Shown here: piece by piece, positions 12,283 through 24,200 of the stretch
How the letters are laid out: the number at the start of each line of letters is the position of its first letter
How positions within the stretch are numbered: position 1 is the first letter of the stretch
DNA from: Nemertoderma westbladi
Lineage: Eukaryota > Animalia > Xenacoelomorpha
Assembly (NCBI GenBank): GCA_032718475.1
Contig: JAUCBJ010004654.1
Coordinates: 1 to 46,354, forward strand
Reading direction: 5' to 3'
Length of the DNA: 46,354 nt
Translations under genes and position numbers: made by a program
Notes under the pieces: model-generated
Databases searched by the model: none
What the model saw: the letters and a program-made list of their open reading frames with translations, nothing else
What the model was told of the DNA's origin: nothing

Positions 12283-13866
12283 CCCTATTAGTACCGGGCT
12301 ATAAAATGTTGTACAAATACCGGGGGGGGGGGGGGGGGGGGGTCATATTGACCCCCCCCCCCCCCCCCCCCCTCTAAAATCTACAAATATTTACGAAAAC
12401 GTCTGATTTTTTGTTTGCACGTAGGTATCACTTGTCTGGATCCGACCGAAAAAAAAAATTTTCGAAAAAATGTACTGGGGTGGTTATATTGCAGCACCAA
12501 AATTACAAGTAGTGCACAATTTTCACAAAATTTGAAAGTTACATTTTCGGCTATTTATTTTTCAATACAGGTTTTCTGGGGTGCAAAATACATTGGAAAA
12601 TATTTAAAAATGATATGATTACTATAAATGGCTGTTTAGTCCTCTCTGCGTAGGACAAAAATGAAAAAAACAAGTAACCAGCACTTTTCAGTTAGAACAC
12701 AAAATTTTTAATTCACTTATACGATGCTATAAATTCACATTTTCAGGTTTTCGAGGGCGCTGATTCTAATGGAATACATTTCTAATATGCCAGATCATTG
12801 CTTCTTGTATTTTTCGGTGTAATTTGGCAAATTTTGGTGCTAGCACCAAATTTCGTACCCATCACCAAAAAGTACAAGTTTGCGATGTCCAGTGCTGTTT
12901 TTATTGATTCCATCGGATTCAGGACCCTCATAAACCCGTATAACGCAAGAAACAAGGTGATACTATCTACTTATCAATTTGCATATTTTCCAAAATTTGG
13001 TGCTGGCACAACAATTTTCATCCACCGGCGAAAAATACAAGTTTAAGAACTCTTATGAAATTTTCACTGATTCCATTGAATTCAGAACCATCACAAACCC
13101 GTATAACGCAAGAAACAAGGTGACACAATCAATTGATATATTTGATGGTTTTCAAAATTTGCTGCTAGCACCACATTTTGCACCCACATCCGAAAAATAC
13201 AAGTTTGAGATGTCTAGTTCGATAATTATATTTTCCATTGAATTCAGAACAGCCATAAACCTCTAAAACGCAAGAAATAAATTGTCACAAGCAATTTTAT
13301 CTATTGAATGGATTTTCAAAATTTCGTGCTAGCACCAAAATTTGCACACAGCACCGAAAAATACAAGTTTGATACGCTTGGTGCAACTCGTATATATTTC
13401 ATCGAATCCAGAACCCCAAAAAACCCCAATTGCGTAAAAAACAAGTTTCAAACAATCAATTTACAAAATTGACTTATTTCAAAATTTGGTGCTGGCACCA
13501 AAATTTGGCACCCACCGAAAAAAACAAGTTTGAAATTTCTAAATCAATTTATATGAATTCCATCCACTTTCTAACACCAAAAAACCGGTGTAAATCAAAA
13601 ATAGAGATGTTACAATTCATATTTAATGAAATGTAATTTTCAAAAAACGTCTCAAAAAAAGTGCCAAAAGTAGGGTTAAAAAATGGTGCTATAACTCGAA
13701 AAGTACCCAATATTTTTGAAAACGGATTTCACTACTAGGAAGACAATAGATTTTTAGGAAAAGTCATAAAATTTCAGATTCCCAACTGCGTTTGTTTCAG
13801 AATTATAATAAAAAAACCACGGGGGGGGGGGGTCATATTGAACCCCCCCCCCCGGGTTTAATAGGG
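12283..13866. mobile_element. Non-autonomous piggyBac-type element with internal 163-bp tandem repeats
   Basis: TTAA|CCCTATTA ... TAATAGGG|TTAA (TTAA TSD at 12279-12282 and 13867-13870); G-run-TCATATTGA-C-run subterminal motif at both ends. Confidence 0.85.
12828..13640. repeat. Diverged tandem array, about 163-bp unit, about 5 copies
   Basis: AAATTTGGTGCT(A/G)GCAC-like anchor at about 12830, 12993, 13155, 13319 and 13482. Confidence 0.85.
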
Positions 13867-14005
13867 TTAAACCTTGGTGGAATGTTCTTGTAAAGATGAT
13901 AGAAAAAATAAATAATAAAGTAATGAGGGTCTTTAGTTTAACCCAGGGGCGAACACCAACCCATGGACAAACGCCAACAACACGGGGGCGGGAAACAACC
14001 CGGAA

Positions 14006-16849
14006 GTGAACACCAACTACTCAGGAACGATAACCAACGACCAAAACGGGACCACCAACACCCCAGGGACGAAGACTAACAATAATGGAGCAACCACCAA
14101 CGACCCAGGAACACACACCAACTCGAAGGACGCCAACAACAAACTAATCAGACAACTCAACAAATCTCTAAAAACAACCCATCGAGCCCTACCACCGAAA
14201 AGCGACGACGAAATAGTGGAAGCCCTCATCGCCGAACTACACCGTGACGTAGACCGAACACCCAATGTCTCCCCCAAAAATGTACCTCAGGACAACCTTA
14301 CGAAACAACAACGAACTGTCCTCAAATCACTCAAGTCCAACACTAACATTCGTATCTGTAGGGGCGATAAATCTGGTAACACCGTAATCCTAGATACCAA
14401 TGACTATAAAAACGAATGCTTACGTATTTTAAGAGACCCTAAAACCTATACTACATTAACTAAAGACCCTACTAATAAATACAGAACACAACTTGACGCA
14501 CTACTACAAACCTGTAATATCGACACCAAACACACACTACACCCACTACTACTACCTAAACACCCTAAGATAGCGTACTTCTACTGCACTATTAAAGACC
14601 ACAAGGACAGGGAATCATGGATAAACTGGGGCGACGGTAGACACTTACCTAAGGGCAGACCTATAGTTGCCACCATGGGCACCCTTCTACACCCACTTTC
14701 CCGCTTTGCTAACGACCTTCTAGAACCCGCGGTCACTCGCCTGGAGTCTAACTTGAAAGGGACAGACGACTTCCTATCAGCCCTCCCTAGAGAAATTGGA
14801 CCCGACTGCACTCTGATTTCACTGGACGTAGTAGACATGTACACTAACATTACCCATGATGTAGGATGTAGGGCACTACGACAAGCACTCTCCGAGGACA
14901 CGCACTTCACACAACAAACACTCATCTCATTAGATAACTTTATACTAATCGTCCGATTTATACTTGAACATAACTACTTCACTTTTGATAACACACTATA
15001 CCTTCAATTACGAGGCGCAGCCATGGGTAGCAGTTTCTCGAAAAACTACGCTAGCCTAACCATATCTAGATTAGAGATACACTTCCTCCACATCCTGAAC
15101 AACCCCATTAATAACTACCTAAACGCGAGTGTATCAAACGGACTCCCTAACACAACTAACCTGGATACTATCACACCCGATCTGGATCTAACCACCCCTA
15201 CCAACCCGAGCTCAACAACCACTGATCCCAACACTATTAACAAGACCAGATATAACCCTAGTATAACTCCCCTAAAATCTATCAAAAACACCCCTGAAAC
15301 TCACAGAACTACCATAACTACCCATGTAACTAATACAACCACCCCTGAAACTAACATAACTACCCCCAAAACTACCCTAACTACCCATGAAACTAACATA
15401 ACTACTCCTGATATTAACATAACTACCCCTGCAACTAACATAACTACCCCTAAAACTGACATAACTACCCCTGAAACTACCATTAGTACCCACGAAACTA
15501 ACATAACTACCCCTGAAACTAACGAAACTAACATAACTACCCCTGAAACTAACATAACTACCCCTGGAACTAACATAACTACCCCTGGAACTAACAGAAC
15601 TACCCCTGGAACTAACATAACTACCCCTGAAACTACCATAAGTACCCATGAAACTAGCATAACTACCCCTGAAACTAACGAAACTAACATAACCACCCCT
15701 GAAACTACCATAAGTACCCATGAAACTAACATAACTACCCCTGAAACTAACGAAACTAACATAACTACCCCTGATACTAACGAAACTAACATAACTACCC
15801 CTGAAACTAACAAAACTAACATAACTACCCCTGGAACTAATATAACTACCCCGGAACCTACCCCTCCCACCCCAGTCTGTAATAATATAACTACCTCAGT
15901 AACTTATAAAACTAAACTAGCACAAAACACTACACCTAACCCCGTTTTCTCAGATCCAATAATAACGACCCCAATATCTAACCTAACACCTCCTGATTCC
16001 AACATCAATATTCCAGAAACTATCCTATCTATCTCAGATCCTAATATAACCATAACTAACGAAACTACCTCAACCTCGGATACTAACTCCTCTTGTAACG
16101 ACTTATTCCAAAACTCTGATATACAATTCACCATTGAATACTCCCACACATCACTCCCATTCCTTGACGTCTTGACACGGATTAACAACGAAACACTAAC
16201 AACTACATTATACAAAAAACCAACTAGCAATAAACTCCCGATTCACTACAATAGCTTCCATGATAAGAAATTACTACTATCCGTAATTCGTAGCCAACTC
16301 GTACGCATCCACCGCAGATGTAGCGAGCCTAACGACTATACCAAACTCAGAGACGAATTCCTTGGCGAATGTCTACTCAGGCAGTACCCCCAGAACCTCC
16401 TTAACAAACTTAGACATTGGACTCCCCAAACTAGACCTAAAGACACTAACTCGAAACCCACATTTTACCTATCCACTAACCAACAGATGAAGGGCATATT
16501 CCAAAATACTGTACGTAGATACTCCAAAAACTACGACCTTGACATCAACATTAATGTAGTCACGAAGAATCCCACATCACTAGGACAAATACTAACCAAA
16601 AATAAAACTCAAACGCAAACACACACAAATAACACCACTAATGAGCCATGTAACTCTAGCCGCTGCCTTACATGCAAAACTATCACTAACATACAACAGA
16701 CACCATGGGGTGAAAAGATAAAAGGACACTATACATGTAAGTCCCACACTGTATGTTACTTGGCCTGGTGCCACTGCCACCCTACTCTATACTACATAGG
16801 CCAAACGAGACAGAAACTTCACGAACGCTTTAATGGACACCGCAACAAC
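14006..16849 (+). CDS. PLE polyprotein 5' part: RT (lacking YxDD, Thr-rich insert), Cys linker, N-half of GIY-YIG endonuclease
   Basis: GDKSGNTVI, KDPT, KDHK, GRPIV, LISLDVVDMYTNI, GAAMGS, LPFLD, LYKKPT, PCNSSRCLTC, CYL..YYIGQT..RFNGH. The frame is open upstream of 14006, so the GTG start is probably not real. Confidence 0.9.
15290..15860. repeat. In-frame 21/30-bp minisatellite encoding (ETN)ITTP repeats
   Basis: ACTAACATAACTACCCCTGAA units repeated more than 20 times with variants. Confidence 0.95.
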
Positions 16850-17802
16850 TATTCGAAGAGACAGTAACAATACCTGCAATATCTTACTGTAAAGTTTGTG
16901 AATCAAATCATAAATCCGACCTTCTCACCAAAACAGTAAACTCTAAGTAAGCGAATATATTGCAGTATCGATCTCTTATAACCGGTGAGGCAGAAAACAG
17001 TCTACGAGCAGACAAACTTCGATAAAACAAAATCCCGCGCAGCGAATCCTAAAATCAGGCTGACTCACTGACGGACTAAGGGGCTCGTATACTTTGCCGC
17101 GGTGTGATTTATATGGTTGGGCAAAAAGGGACGCTAGCTAGGTACAGAGGCAGATATTTGGAGATGTCTAACTAGCGAGCAAAGTGCAGTAAGGACGAAA
17201 GTTAATTTTATATATTTTGAGGTGTAAATAATTTCTAACGCGCGTGTGTTAATTCTGAACGGTCAAAAGCAGTTTTGCTCCTTCACATATATAATTACTG
17301 GGTACGGTGTGCATTTTACGAATATTCTAATTTTGTAACTTGTAGGTCCAATACTCACGAATGATAAGGTTCCTTCCCCTCTTGCGTATTTCCAGGACTC
17401 AAATTCAGGCATAAGGTTAATACTACGCCCAGAATTCGGCAATTTTAGGTACCAGGTCCCTGATACTAAGAAGAGATGTGTTAGTTTACTACTGTAGGCG
17501 TACAGTTACTAATAGCTATCCTGGCTCCTATCTAGAATTTTAGTCACCCAGGTAGTCCGGGTAACTTCCTATCAGGGCGTTGGCGGGGACACGGTAGATG
17601 TTAGTATCCCTGATAGCCTCAATTTATTTGCGCCTAGTGTAAACTGCCCTACCGCCTGAACGGTACAATCCCAATTCAGGTGAAAACACAGCAACCCTCC
17701 TAGCCTACAAGTTCTAATGCAATGGACACTGTTGTACTACAAATAGTCGCACACACACCTGTACTTAGCAAGAGTTAGGCGTACAGTTTGCTGCACCCTA
17801 CC
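16850..17802 (-). repeat. 3' LTR, partial (953 bp)
   Basis: Matches 30980-31932; I saw only two substitutions (about 17177 and 17418). Confidence 0.92.
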
Positions 17803-18029
17803 CTAAAAAAACAGGATATTATCGTGCATAAAATATACGGTTTTCACCAATAATCAATCAAACTATAGAATACTTAGGGCGTACTTACATATTTACAAAT
17901 TAAATTTCAAATAATACTTCCTTTCTACGTAATGATTCGATACAAAATAATTACAAATTCAAACTTTACGTATTTAAGGTTTTACTAAGTAAGTACAATA
18001 TAAATCTAAATTAAATTCACCAATATAAA

Positions 18030-18645
18030 ACTATTGCATCTCAATATTGCATAAATTCAAACAATTACAAATACAAATAAATGAAAACAATAAGAAAGGC
18101 TCGCGAGTCTTCCATCTACTATTGCATCTCAAATATTGCATAAATTCAAGTAATTACAAATACTTTCGTACCTAAATGTAGATTGCATAAGTTTGGAATA
18201 ATTACAAATATGAGTCTTTCTAAGCACAAAACTTTCTATCTATAAAACTTTCTAAATACAAAATATAACACTTTACAAATGAAACTATAAGAAAGGCCCA
18301 CGAGTCTTCCATCTACTCTTACTTTCTATTTCACTGTAAATACAAATACTGCTTATAAAATATAAATTGCATAATATTCGGAACAATATAAATTGCATAA
18401 GTTCGGAATAATATAAATTGCATAAGTTCGAGATAATCACAAATATAAAATATAAATTCTTACAAAATATAAATCTTGCAAATATAAATTCTTACTGACT
18501 ATAAATCTTACTAAATATGAGTTCTTATTTCTAAATTTCATAAATTCGGAACAATACAAATTGCATAAGTTCGGAATAAACGCAAATATAAATATAAATT
18601 CAAATAAATCACAAATTCATAAGAAAGGCTCACGAGTCTTCCGTC
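18030..18645. repeat. AT-rich degenerate repeats in the BEL 3' UTR
   Basis: Recurrent AAATTGCATAAGTTCGGA units and three GAAAGGCYCRCGAGTCTTCC copies. Confidence 0.75.
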
Positions 18646-18662
18646 CACCCTTGCCCTCCCTT

Positions 18663-20607
18663 TTATCGCTTAGTTGATCGAGCCCTGCCGCGTCCTCGAA
18701 AACTGCGCACAGGTGACTTTGCTCGCGATATGGGACTCGTGGGGCGAGTCACTGGTTTACTTGGGACATTGAGAGACGGTGCGACTATTTCCTCGCAAAT
18801 TCGTCTATTTGGCATCCCAAAACCTCGACCGATTCCTCGTGACCGATCAGTCGTCACTACAGTTGGTAGAACGTCTGGGAACGCGCGAGAAGCGGACGAC
18901 GCAGACCCAAGAGTAGCTTGCGCCCCCTGTTGATCAGCTGGTGTATGTCCCGATCCTCCTGTTGGTTCTCTAGGAAGCGATACCGTATCCCGAGTAACTC
19001 GAATGGTCGGTTCAGCTCCCTTGCGTTCTTCTATATTAATAATTTTCTTTAATTGTTGGCCCACTTTCTGGACCCGTATGATCCTACCCTGTCCGTCCTC
19101 CCGAGGGTGACGTGCAGACGGCGCAACCGGAGTGGCTGGTATATTTGTCGCCTCTAGGACCTCCTCTTCCTCGAATACGCTCGCTCGTATACGTTTGTGG
19201 TAAAACGCGGCTCGGTATGCCCATGCGACGGTTAACCAAGCTCCTTTGTTCTGCTTTTCAGTTCGGAAACGATCGAATTCACCATACGTAATCCGATTAA
19301 CGACTTTCTGAAAATTCCACGTGTTTTTGTTATCCGGGTGAATCTGTAGTAGATACTCGCGCACCACTCGGAATCCGCTGTTGTGGGGCAAAATATCGAC
19401 TACCTCGATAAGTTCGTCATATTGGGGCATAGCGGAGATGTATCCTTCCGACATCATCGTTTGAGGATTTACCGCCCAAAATCCGAGATGCGCTCTCATC
19501 GGAAACCGTCTTCTTTGTGCCGATACATGTTCGTCGGCTAAATCTTCCCACTCATCAAATAATTTCCTCACGAGTTTTACAGATTCGTGTTCATAAGGTA
19601 TATCTCTTAGTTGGCATTCAGATGCTCGATGTCCTTTTATATTGCAATAAGTACATTGAGCCATAAATCTCCAGCAAGTATAAAAGGTATGAGACCCTTG
19701 ATCCCCACACCATCCACAGATTAGCTGAGTCGTAGTAATGTGCTTTCCACTGCACTTTGTCATATGATGTCCAGCGACGCCACATTTACTACACATCGTA
19801 TTGGCAGGGTACCACACTCGTTCGTATATAAGATCTCCAATCGGTCGAGCGCTTCCTCCCACACTATAATCGTAATCATCAGGGTCTATGGGTTGGTAGG
19901 TTTCTGAAGGTTGTATACAAACTATAGCATCTGTTGCTTCAAGTTGTCGAATCTCCGTCTGAGATTTCTTCGGGAGGTTCCTTTCTATCTCAAGAAGTTC
20001 CTCTAAAGGATCGTCGGCGATCGTAGTAGTTACTTCGAAATCATCACCAAGGTGACCGATAGGCGCGCGCGTCTGCCGTGATTCTTCCGTAATCTCCACG
20101 ATACGTTCTCCTTCATAGGGTAACAATGTAAACATAGATGGTCTTTCGATAAGAGATCCCGCATTGATAATAAAGTTTATAAACTGAAAATGTTTCCTTG
20201 GTTTCTCTATCGTCCCCTCGAGTTCGTCTGTAAAGATGCATTCCATCAAATTCATCTCTTACCGCGGGCATAGGTTCGTGCGCCTTTAGGTATTGCATGG
20301 TATGATACAAACGACTAATTTCAGTATCGGGGTCTTCGCTAATGTCTCCCGTATCACACAAAGCGTCGTACGGGTAAAGTTCGTTGAAGGTTTGGCGCAA
20401 ACTTTCGATTCTTTCGTTTAATGCGTTTTGCCTTCTCTTTAATACATTTGAGTCATATTTAGTTCTCGCGAGTTTCGCTGTACTTTCCGATAATTCCTTT
20501 ATACCGAATATAGTATAATCCTTGGCTCCAAATCTTTCGAATGGCGCTGCTGCCTCCTCTTGGATATCATATCCCCATCTCGGCTCTCCTTGTATCCCTT
20601 TCTCCAT
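18663..20607 (-). CDS. BEL accessory ORF with three CCHC zinc knuckles and Arg/Gly-rich tail; probably spliced (join 20607-20263, 20183-18663; 621 aa)
   Basis: CSKCGVAGHHMTKC, CGWCGDQGSHTFYTC, CTYCNIKGHRASEC; the overlapping ORFs 20113-20607 and 18663-20255 are fused in frame by a 79-nt GTAAGA...TTTTCAG intron. Confidence 0.7.
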
Positions 20608-21267
20608 AATTAGGGGTGTAGTTACATAATCATTACTACTAGAGGGAATACAACAGAGTTTGTAGTTAGTTGTGAGGAGACGTGAGAGTTTCGTCTGCCC
20701 TTTTGGCTCGACAACGCTCTAACCTCCTACCCATAGCCTAAGATCTAGGGTTTCTTTAATGACACGCTGCTTCTCATCTAAAATTTTTTGCCGAAGTAAA
20801 ACGAATTTGGGCTAAACTGGCTGTGAGTCTAAATACTCACCTTTTGATCCCAAACTATTATCAGAAAATAAGCAATCAAGAATTAGTAATAAATATAGGG
20901 GAGTCTATTTATTGACGTAACTTATTGAAACAAGACCGTGTAAAATTTAATTAAAAATTTTAAGAAAGGCTCGCGAGTCTTCCTCTCTTGTTTCTCTAAT
21001 TTTAAGTTCCACCCGACTGTACCCTGAAATCTATTCACTGGAGAAAATTTTAAAAATTTTTCAAATCCAAATAGATTGTCTAAAATTTCGAAAATGTCTC
21101 AATATTGTGAGTTCCAAGTAGAATTCCATTTCTTATACCTACAAATCCCGCTCCTATGTGACACATAAGGGTACTACCCTCAATGTTCACATATAAAGAC
21201 AATGGAATTCTACCGCTGTCTTTACTACGGTGTACAGGTAAGTGGAAATCTATTTGTAAACTCCTAA

Positions 21268-24200
21268 TTATTTACTAGTATTAGGTGGAGATTTGTAGTC
21301 TCCAGACTCGTTACGAGTCTCTTCAAGAAGTACGAGACGTTGAGTCGGTCTGTCTACTGTACGACCGTCAATTGTCCGTACCGTCACAGTTCTTGTCACT
21401 CCATCCATAGATGGATGTGTGGCTAAAATTACACCTGTTATCCAGAAGCGTCTTTTTAGATTCACTTCCGCTAACAGCACGTGATCTCCCGGCTTTAATG
21501 CGCGGGTGTTATTGTACCAGTTTGTTCTGGCAGAAATAGAGGGCAAATAATGGTTTTGCCATATTTCCCAGAATTTGTTAGCCAGTAGTTGCGTGATTTT
21601 CCACGCTTTTCTACCGTAGCTGTCGCTTTCTATTGGAATAGAAATCGGCGTCAAAGTGGTCGGTGCCTGCATTAGCAGGTGTGCTGGTGTTAAAGCAAAT
21701 TGAGATTGTTTGTCATCGGGTACTAATACTATTGGTCTAGTATTTAGTATTGCCTCGATTTCAACAAACAATGTTGTCAGTTGGTCGTCTGTCAATATGT
21801 GGTTTACTGGAATGACCTTTGCCATGGCTGTCTTTATAGATCTAATCAGTCTCTCCCAGACTCCGCCTCTCCAAGGACTATCTGGAGGATTAAACTTCCA
21901 AACAATCTTGTGAGGTTGTAGTTCGTTCGAGATTTGATCATGATCTAATTTCTTAAAGGCTCTAGCAATCTCATTCCGAGCACCAACAAAGTTTGTCCCT
22001 TGGTCTGAGTACAAGCATTTTACTAGTCCGCGTCTAGCGATAAATCGCCGCAGTGCTAGTATAAACGCGTTGGTGGAAAGATCCATCACACGTTCAATAT
22101 GAACTGCCCTACTGGACATACATGTGAAAATCAGTCCCCAGCGTTTTACTAGTATACGTCCACGTTTCGTATGTATGGGACCAAAGCAATCAATTCCAGT
22201 CTCTGTAAAAGGTGGTCTGAATGCTTGAAGTCGTGCTTGTGGTAGTTCACTCATTTCTTGGGTACCTATTCTAGAATGTACCTTTTTACAAATAATACAC
22301 GTACGTGTCACTGAACTTAACGCTTTACTGGGTCTAATTAATACAAATCTTGTACGTAAGTAGGAAAGACAGTGGTGTCTTCCAGCGTGTTTCAGATGTA
22401 AATGTGCGTCCAGTATCATTGCACGTTGTAGTTCGTGATGTTGCGGTATTATTATTGGGTATCTAAAGTTTGTGTTAAAGTCAATGTTTTGAATCCGAGA
22501 TTTATGACAAATTAAGCCATTATAAATAATCGGACTCCAACTCAGTATTGGTGACGACTTGATTGGTTGACCTTGACTTATGGATGTGAATTCGCGCGCG
22601 AAATATCGCAGTTGATAATGGCTAATTAATTTAATCTCACACCTGTCAATCTCAGTCAATGTAAGTCGACGCGTAAAGTCGCGTTTGCCTTTAACGTATT
22701 GTACAAAACGTACAATCCACGCTAATTTTCGGCAAGCGCTTGTCCAAGAATCTGTTAAGTTTACAATACGGTCGACGTGAGTATTTGTGACGTCATCAGG
22801 TAAGTCAATGGAGAACTTGGAAGGTTTTGATTTACTAGAAGGGCCCACGGGTCCGCCGGTAAGTATTCCCTTGTTGACTGTTGATCCGTCCGGGTCTACA
22901 AGTAATTTGTCCTTCTTCGTCTTCTTACCTTGATTGTCAGTACTTTGTAAGTCGATCGTTAATGGTGGTTTGAACTCTATGGGGTCAGTGGGTTTCGGTA
23001 AGCTTATTTTTCTGCCGATATTAATCCCAGGTTTCACCATAGGTTGCAAGTTCGGTATGTCTCTTGAGCGCAAAGTAACACCTGTATTTACATTAGCGTA
23101 GGTACTACCCACATCTGTAATACATGAGGTTTCACCGTGCTTATGGTTGCTCAAGTGTGTCAAAATTGGTAGTTTGTCAATACAAGGCCGCTCCAATAGG
23201 GAAACTGCGGCTTTACTGTTAGTCGATACATTACTAATGTCCGGTAGAACATTTTGTGATGTTTCTGACAAAATGTCTGGTTGACTGTCTAGTAATGTGT
23301 CTGGCGATACGTCTGGTAACGTATCTGGTTGTTTGTCAATAGAAGGCCGCTCCAATAGGGAAACTGCGGCTTTACTGTTAGTCGATATGTTACTAGTGTC
23401 TGGTAGAACATTTTGTGACATGTCTGGCAAAATGTCTGGTTGACCGTCTAGTAACGTGTCTGGTTGACCGTCTGGCGATATGTCTGGTGTAGAAAGGCTC
23501 GCAAGTCTTCCTCTCTTGACCTTTGAAGTTATATCTTTCCATTTCGCCTTCGGTTTTTTCTTGAGTTTTGCCGCCGTTGTCCTTTTCTTTGCCTTCCCCT
23601 TTTTTGGTTTCTTGATTTCGGCGTCCTTGGGGATGGTGTTAGATTTGTTGTCGTATAGTGGCGGCCAATGTAGTGTTGAACCTTGTAAGAATTGTGGTCC
23701 GTGTTGCCAAAATTCTTTGTTCTCCGGTTTACAGAATTCCTCAGGCATCATTCCTCTCGACGCAATATCGGCTGGGTTTTGTGGTCCGGGACAATGTCGC
23801 CAATCCTCTTTTATTGAACGGTCTAGAATTTCTGCGCGACGGTTAGCTACGAATGTCTTGAATTCAAGTGTGTCGTTGTTTATGTAAAATAAAACCAACG
23901 TCGCGTCAGTCCAATAAAATATCTGTAAACTCGACTGTAGTTCTGTCTGTATGAGGTTCACAATGGTGGTTGACAGGGTTGCGGCTTGTAGCTCAGCTCG
24001 TGGTGTCGTCATATACTTAGTAGGCATCGTTTTTGCCTTAGAAGTAATGAGCGAAACATCGAATTCGTCTGAGTCTACTTGTCTGCGCAAGTACGCTGCT
24101 ACACCAAAACCGTTGTCACTGGCGTCAGAAAAACAATGTAGTTCCAAGTTGTCAGGAAATGTAGTTTGTAATGGAAAGTAAACTCTGGGGATGGAATAAT

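Noticed and set aside
12322-12373. Long G/C homopolymers as G-quadruplex elements (also 24-44, 7890-7910, 41065)
   Set aside because: Run lengths are unreliable in assemblies, and most belong to transposon subtermini.
15301-15870. Hydrophobic Val-rich minus-strand ORFs resembling membrane proteins
   Set aside because: Antisense shadows of the Thr-rich minisatellite.
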